Source: Eledone cirrhosa
Lineage: Eukaryota
Assembly (NCBI GenBank): GCA_964016885.1
Contig: OZ024742.1
Location: 315,208,001-315,272,000, forward strand
Direction: 5' to 3'
DNA length: 64,000 nt
Notes under the pieces: generated by a model
Database searches by the model: none
What the model was told of the DNA's origin: nothing
The model's input: only the letters and a program-made list of their open reading frames with translations
Program-made: the position numbers and the translations under genes
Shown here: one piece after another, positions 59,579-64,000 of the stretch
Layout: every line of letters starts with the position of its first letter
Numbering within the stretch: position 1 is the first letter of the stretch

Positions 59579-60433
59579 GTCAGGTCACCAGTTGGTGCTA
59601 CTGGTAACATGCATCCCCGTACAACCTACCCTCAGTTCTGCTGTACGGCATCATCGTTCAGTATGTAGATAGTGTAACTGTAACATTAGGACCCCTATCA
59701 GAACTTCTTACTTAAGTTTTCTGCATATTATTTACTCACTTCAATCTATATTTTTTTACTCACCTCAATCCGGATTCTCACCTGAAAAATCTTTAATCGT
59801 TTAATTTCTAATCGTTAATTTTTTAATTTATAATTTATAATACTTGATTTAGTATTTTCGATTTTAAATTGTAATTTTTAGTTCTAATTTCACTTATAAC
59901 TTCCAATATGAAACTATGATACATAGAATTAAATATATACTCTTAGGGGTTGATGGTCAGTTATACTGTCCATGATTAGTGAGAGGTAGTATAGAGACCT
60001 GTAAATACTAACACTCTCCCATCCCCACTGGCTTTCGGCTGACTGCCACAGATGGGATGGGTAGCAGTAAACTATGGTGCAGGCTTGAATGGGTCATTGT
60101 CTGGCTGAGAGAGGGAACTGACTAAGCAAATTTCGTTTAAATCTGCTATAGCTAATGGTCAACTTCCCCCTGGACCTGCGCGTGCGCAGACCAGTGGGGG
60201 TGAATTGGTACTGACAGGGGAACGGATGAAGAACCCAAAGGCACATACTTCGTCCGTTCCCATGTCGATTCAATTTGGATTGCCTCGGAAACATAACCTT
60301 ATTATGTAACAAGCTGTCTGACGATGTCGCCAGACTGGCGCACAGAACAGTGTGGCCACTTTCTCCATTGAAATATATATCACAGCATTATTATTAAAGG
60401 ACTTGAACATCTGAAATTACTTCGCTTTTCCTT

Positions 60434-60438
<5 letters not shown>
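59577..60438 (+). mobile_element. TA-flanked non-coding structured element ending in HHR plus tail
   Basis: GC-rich hairpins at about 60018-60061 and 60166-60200; HHR at 60313-60386; about 50-nt tail before (TA)n. Confidence 0.6.
60313..60386 (+). ncRNA. Hammerhead ribozyme, type I with extended stem II
   Basis: GCUGU CUGACGA [45 nt including CGCCAGACUGGCG] GAAA UAUAUA UC ACAGC. Confidence 0.72.
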
Positions 60439-60522
<84 letters not shown>

Positions 60523-60564
60523 TTCGTTTCTGAATTTGTTTAGCAATTAACCCTTAAGGAACAT

Positions 60565-61860
60565 ATGCTCAAATTTAATGGAAAAACATATGCCCAAGAG
60601 GAGGGAGCAGCCATTGGTGTTAGCATTGCAGGCGACATAGCTAACCTATTCATGGTATGGTGGGACAGTAGATTTAAACTTAAACTTAAAGAACAATTAG
60701 AAGACCCCTTAACCCTGATAATGTACTCCCGCTACGTTGATGATATAAACATCGTAGTTAAAACACCCCCACTAGAGAACAGTCAGGTATTAGAGAAAAA
60801 CACAATGGAAAGCATCCAGCAAATAGCTAACTCCATCCACCAGAGTATTAGAGTTACTATAGACTACCCAAGCAAACACCCCAACCATCGATTACCTGTA
60901 CTAGACACAGAGCTCTGGTTAGATACAATTAATAATAAAAAACAAATCCTCCATTCCCATTATGCCAAACCCATGACTTCCAAATATCTGATCCACCGAA
61001 ACTCAGCGGTTTCGGACCATACCAAAATCAACATACTGATTGCGGATTTGGTACGGGTGATGAGAAACGTGGCCCGCATGTGCAACCCTGAAGAACTAGA
61101 GAGACACATACAACACTTCATCCACCGTATGCAGTTCTCTGGTTACAATCAGAGAGATAAAATCAGAGTGTATAGAGGAGCCAGAACCAAATGGGAAAAA
61201 ATGGTAAATAATGACACAAATGGGACCTGCCCCTTGTATAGGAGCAAATTTTGGAATAGAATAGAAAGAACTAGGAACAAGGCCAATAGAATAAACTCAT
61301 GGTATGATAGCAATAAATACCAGAGTGTAATGTTCATCGATACAACCCCTAGAAGTGAATTAGCTTACAAATTTAGAAGGGCCCTAGATAAACATAAACT
61401 CAATATTAAGATAGTAGAAAGACCAGGTACCTCCATAAAAACAATTATTAGCAAGACATACCCTTTTCAAAGACCTCCCTGTATAGATAAGACATGTATA
61501 ATCTGTAAATTAAGCCCCCATATTAATTGTAAAACTAGAAATGTAGTATATAGCATAAGATGTACTGAAGGACGATGTAGAGATAAAAATATAGTGTACA
61601 TAGGTGAGACAGCTCGTAGTATAGGGGAACGGATAAATTAACACTGGCGAGACCTTCAAGATAGTAAAGAATCATCTGTACTCTACCAACATGCTAAAAT
61701 AGAACATAAGGGTAAATTAGAGAACATAGAAATAAAAATAGAATCTACACACAGAAAAGACGCAATGTTTAGACAAATCATAGACAAATCACAGAGGCAA
61801 TAAACATAAATGAATTACAACCAAAATTAAATAGAAAACATGAGTGGAACAGCAACATCA
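60565..61860 (+). pseudogene. Truncated, disrupted PLE RT-GIY-YIG ORF
   Basis: GAAIGVSIAGDIANLFM, YSRYVDDI, LPVLD, CIDKTCIIC..CKTRNVVY..YIGETARS. Premature TAA at 61639-61641 with in-frame continuation HWRDLQ...HAKIEH; 11-bp duplication at 61770-61791 shifts the frame before EAININELQPKLNRKHEW. Confidence 0.88.
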
Positions 61861-62073
61861 CAACTTACAATTAAGGACAAAATGAAAACACACGCGCACA
61901 TAGAACAAACAACCAACCAGTAACATGTAAATAAACAAATAAATAAACGAATATTTCACACACAGACACCCGGATGTAACACATGCGCAAACTAAGCACA
62001 CAACACACACACAAAAAAGATGGCGTAGGACAAAACAAAGGAGAGGCACAAAAAACAAAGAAAAGAATCCCCA

Positions 62074-62116
62074 GTCACTGAAGAGGTCACAGAATGTGTG
62101 ACGAAAGAACTTTGAC
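62074..62116 (+). ncRNA. Hammerhead ribozyme in the PLE2 pseudo-LTR
   Basis: GUCA CUGAAGA G GUCAC-AGAAUGU-GUGAC GAAA GAAC UU UGAC; stem III very weak. Confidence 0.7.
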
Positions 62117-62474
62117 AATATATAAACAACCATCTGGTTGTGGAACCAACCAACCAACCGGAAATTTATAAATTCCTAAATTTATAAATTTATTATAATA
62201 AATTGAAGTGAAATCAACTGGTGCGTGTATTTCTTATTGGCAACATGACCCTCCCAAAGTATAACAATATATGTATATATACAGTTTTGCGAGGTTTTTG
62301 ATATGAAATCGTGTGTCGAAACAAATATTGTTATACTTGGGGAGGGTCATATTTGTGTAATATTGCCAGAATTAATAACAGAACATACTCACTGTTTGGT
62401 TGGTTTTAATTATTAATTTTTTTTTTTATCTTCTCGTGCAATGGCCATACTCGATAACGAGGGGGCAGCCATCA

Positions 62475-62600
<126 letters not shown>

Positions 62601-62735
62601 AAATGTAAACAGAAATAACAACACAATCGGTACAGTATATGGAAGGGATATATTAGGTTAACGATTGATATAACAGGAAGAGGGTCTTAACGTTTCGTAC
62701 GCTAGTCCTTCAGTGTGTGCGTGTGTGTGTACACA

Positions 62736-62935
62736 GGCATGGCTGTATTGTTAAGATGTTCACTTCGCAACCGCAGCATATTGAACTTCCTGATTCGGAA
62801 AATAGACATCGATAAAATAAGTATCAAGCTCTAAAATAAATCAAGTATTGGGGTTGACATGTTCTACTAAATCCCCTCAATGTGGTACCCCAGGGTAACC
62901 ACGGTCGAATGACTGAAGACAGTAAAATATATAAG
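62736..62935 (+). mobile_element. Degenerate tRNA-derived SINE
   Basis: aggcatggctgtattgttaagatgttcacttcgcaacc head; tcgataaaataagtatca body. Confidence 0.6.
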
Positions 62936-63361
62936 AACACAATAAAAGATATAAAAATACTATACAGACTCGTTGCATATCTTAATGATTTCATATCAAA
63001 CTATGTAGTTTTTGTTGCGAAAATTAAGTAAAGATATTCACACGCTATCATGAAAATACGTCATTACAAAGGACAAAAACAACAATCAGAACAACAATCA
63101 GAACATCGTTTTTAATGGAAAGACTATTGTTGAAGTGAATAAATTGCAGGAGTATAAGTTAAAAATGACAGCTATCCCAACGACATTTTAATATTCATGC
63201 GATCACCTCCCACAATAGCCATTCAATAGTGTGAGTAAATATACATGGAAACATCGCACTCAATATGTTTGAATATGTTTGAATTTTTAACAAGTAAATT
63301 TTCTTTGATGAAACATTTAAAATAGATACTTATAAAATTTCACTAATTCATCAGGGAATAG

Positions 63362-63810
63362 TTCTTCTTCTTCGCCCACTAATTCCTGAGAGGGGCATGG
63401 GGGTCAAAGTCTTCAAACCCTCCTTCCAATGGGTCCTGTCAGAAAAACCGTCTCCAACTTATCCGACTGGATCCCCAAGCGTGACCAGCCAAGCTCATGG
63501 ATGTTATCCAACCATCTTTCTCGGGGTCTACCCCTTGGTCTCCGGTTGCTTTTGCCTGTAAAATCTGCCCAGCGGTTCTTTCCTGAGACATCCTAACCAC
63601 ATACCCATAGTATCGGAGCTGTGATCTCTCAATTCGGCGGAGAAGTAGCGGCTCTACCCAGTGTGGCTTTCTGATCTCCGAATTACGCACTTTATCGAGT
63701 AACGTTACACCAAAGACCTTTCGAAGGAGCCCTATTTCGCCCGCTTATATTCGCGATCGTATTCTTTAGGTCAAGATTCATGACCATAGGTAAGGGTTGG
63801 CACGAAAAGG
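63362..63810 (-). mobile_element. 3' fragment of an RTE-clade LINE with (GAA)n tail
   Basis: Peptide RNSEIR..VEPLLLRRIERSQLRYYGYVVRM..R and frameshifted RPRGRPRERWLDNI are typical of RTE C-termini; ends in gaagaagaag. Confidence 0.8.
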
Positions 63811-64000
63811 TTCGCCAAAAAAAACAATATCGTGGAACTTCATCAGCCATCAACGTTAAGCCACTGATAAATCAGATTGTTTACAACATACTATGATAAT
63901 CGTCTGTGTGTAAACTGTCTCTATAAAGACCATGTATACACACTGAATTAATAATGGCAGTTGTCTCGGGGATTCGAAAATAACCGACTAATTAGAGAAT

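Larger units (their letters stand above)
60520..62270 (+). mobile_element. Penelope-like retroelement PLE2, 5'-truncated
   Basis: Starts at (TA)n; C-terminal half of RT, Cys linker, GIY-YIG, 3' region with HHR, and a tail ending in TA. Confidence 0.9.

Overview
This is AT-rich eukaryotic, repeat-dominated DNA, most consistent with an octopod cephalopod (inferred from the tRNA-SINE types and the extreme (TA)n/(CA)n load). No host protein-coding gene is supportable, and nearly all ORF-track entries are translations of micro- or minisatellites. The main contents are: (1) a ~16.4 kb 21-bp G/T-rich minisatellite with higher-order structure (17642-34023); (2) two disrupted Penelope-like retroelements (PLEs) with RT plus a C-terminal GIY-YIG endonuclease (48242-51649 minus, near full length; ~60520-62270 plus, 5'-truncated); (3) many tRNA-derived SINEs and two LINE 3' fragments; (4) very long (TA)n tracts. 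The most striking signal is a set of short (100-950 bp) inserts sitting in the (TA)n tracts. Many are asymmetric palindromes (inverted arm + main arm + 3' tail). About ten carry complete or near-complete minimal type I hammerhead ribozyme (HHR) motifs from about eight unrelated sequence families, including U3-A8 core variants. One insert (53413-54011) is a 330-nt, terminally redundant, structured, non-coding HHR unit that looks like a retrozyme copied from a circular or multimeric RNA. All structures were read by eye; no folding, alignment or database search was run.
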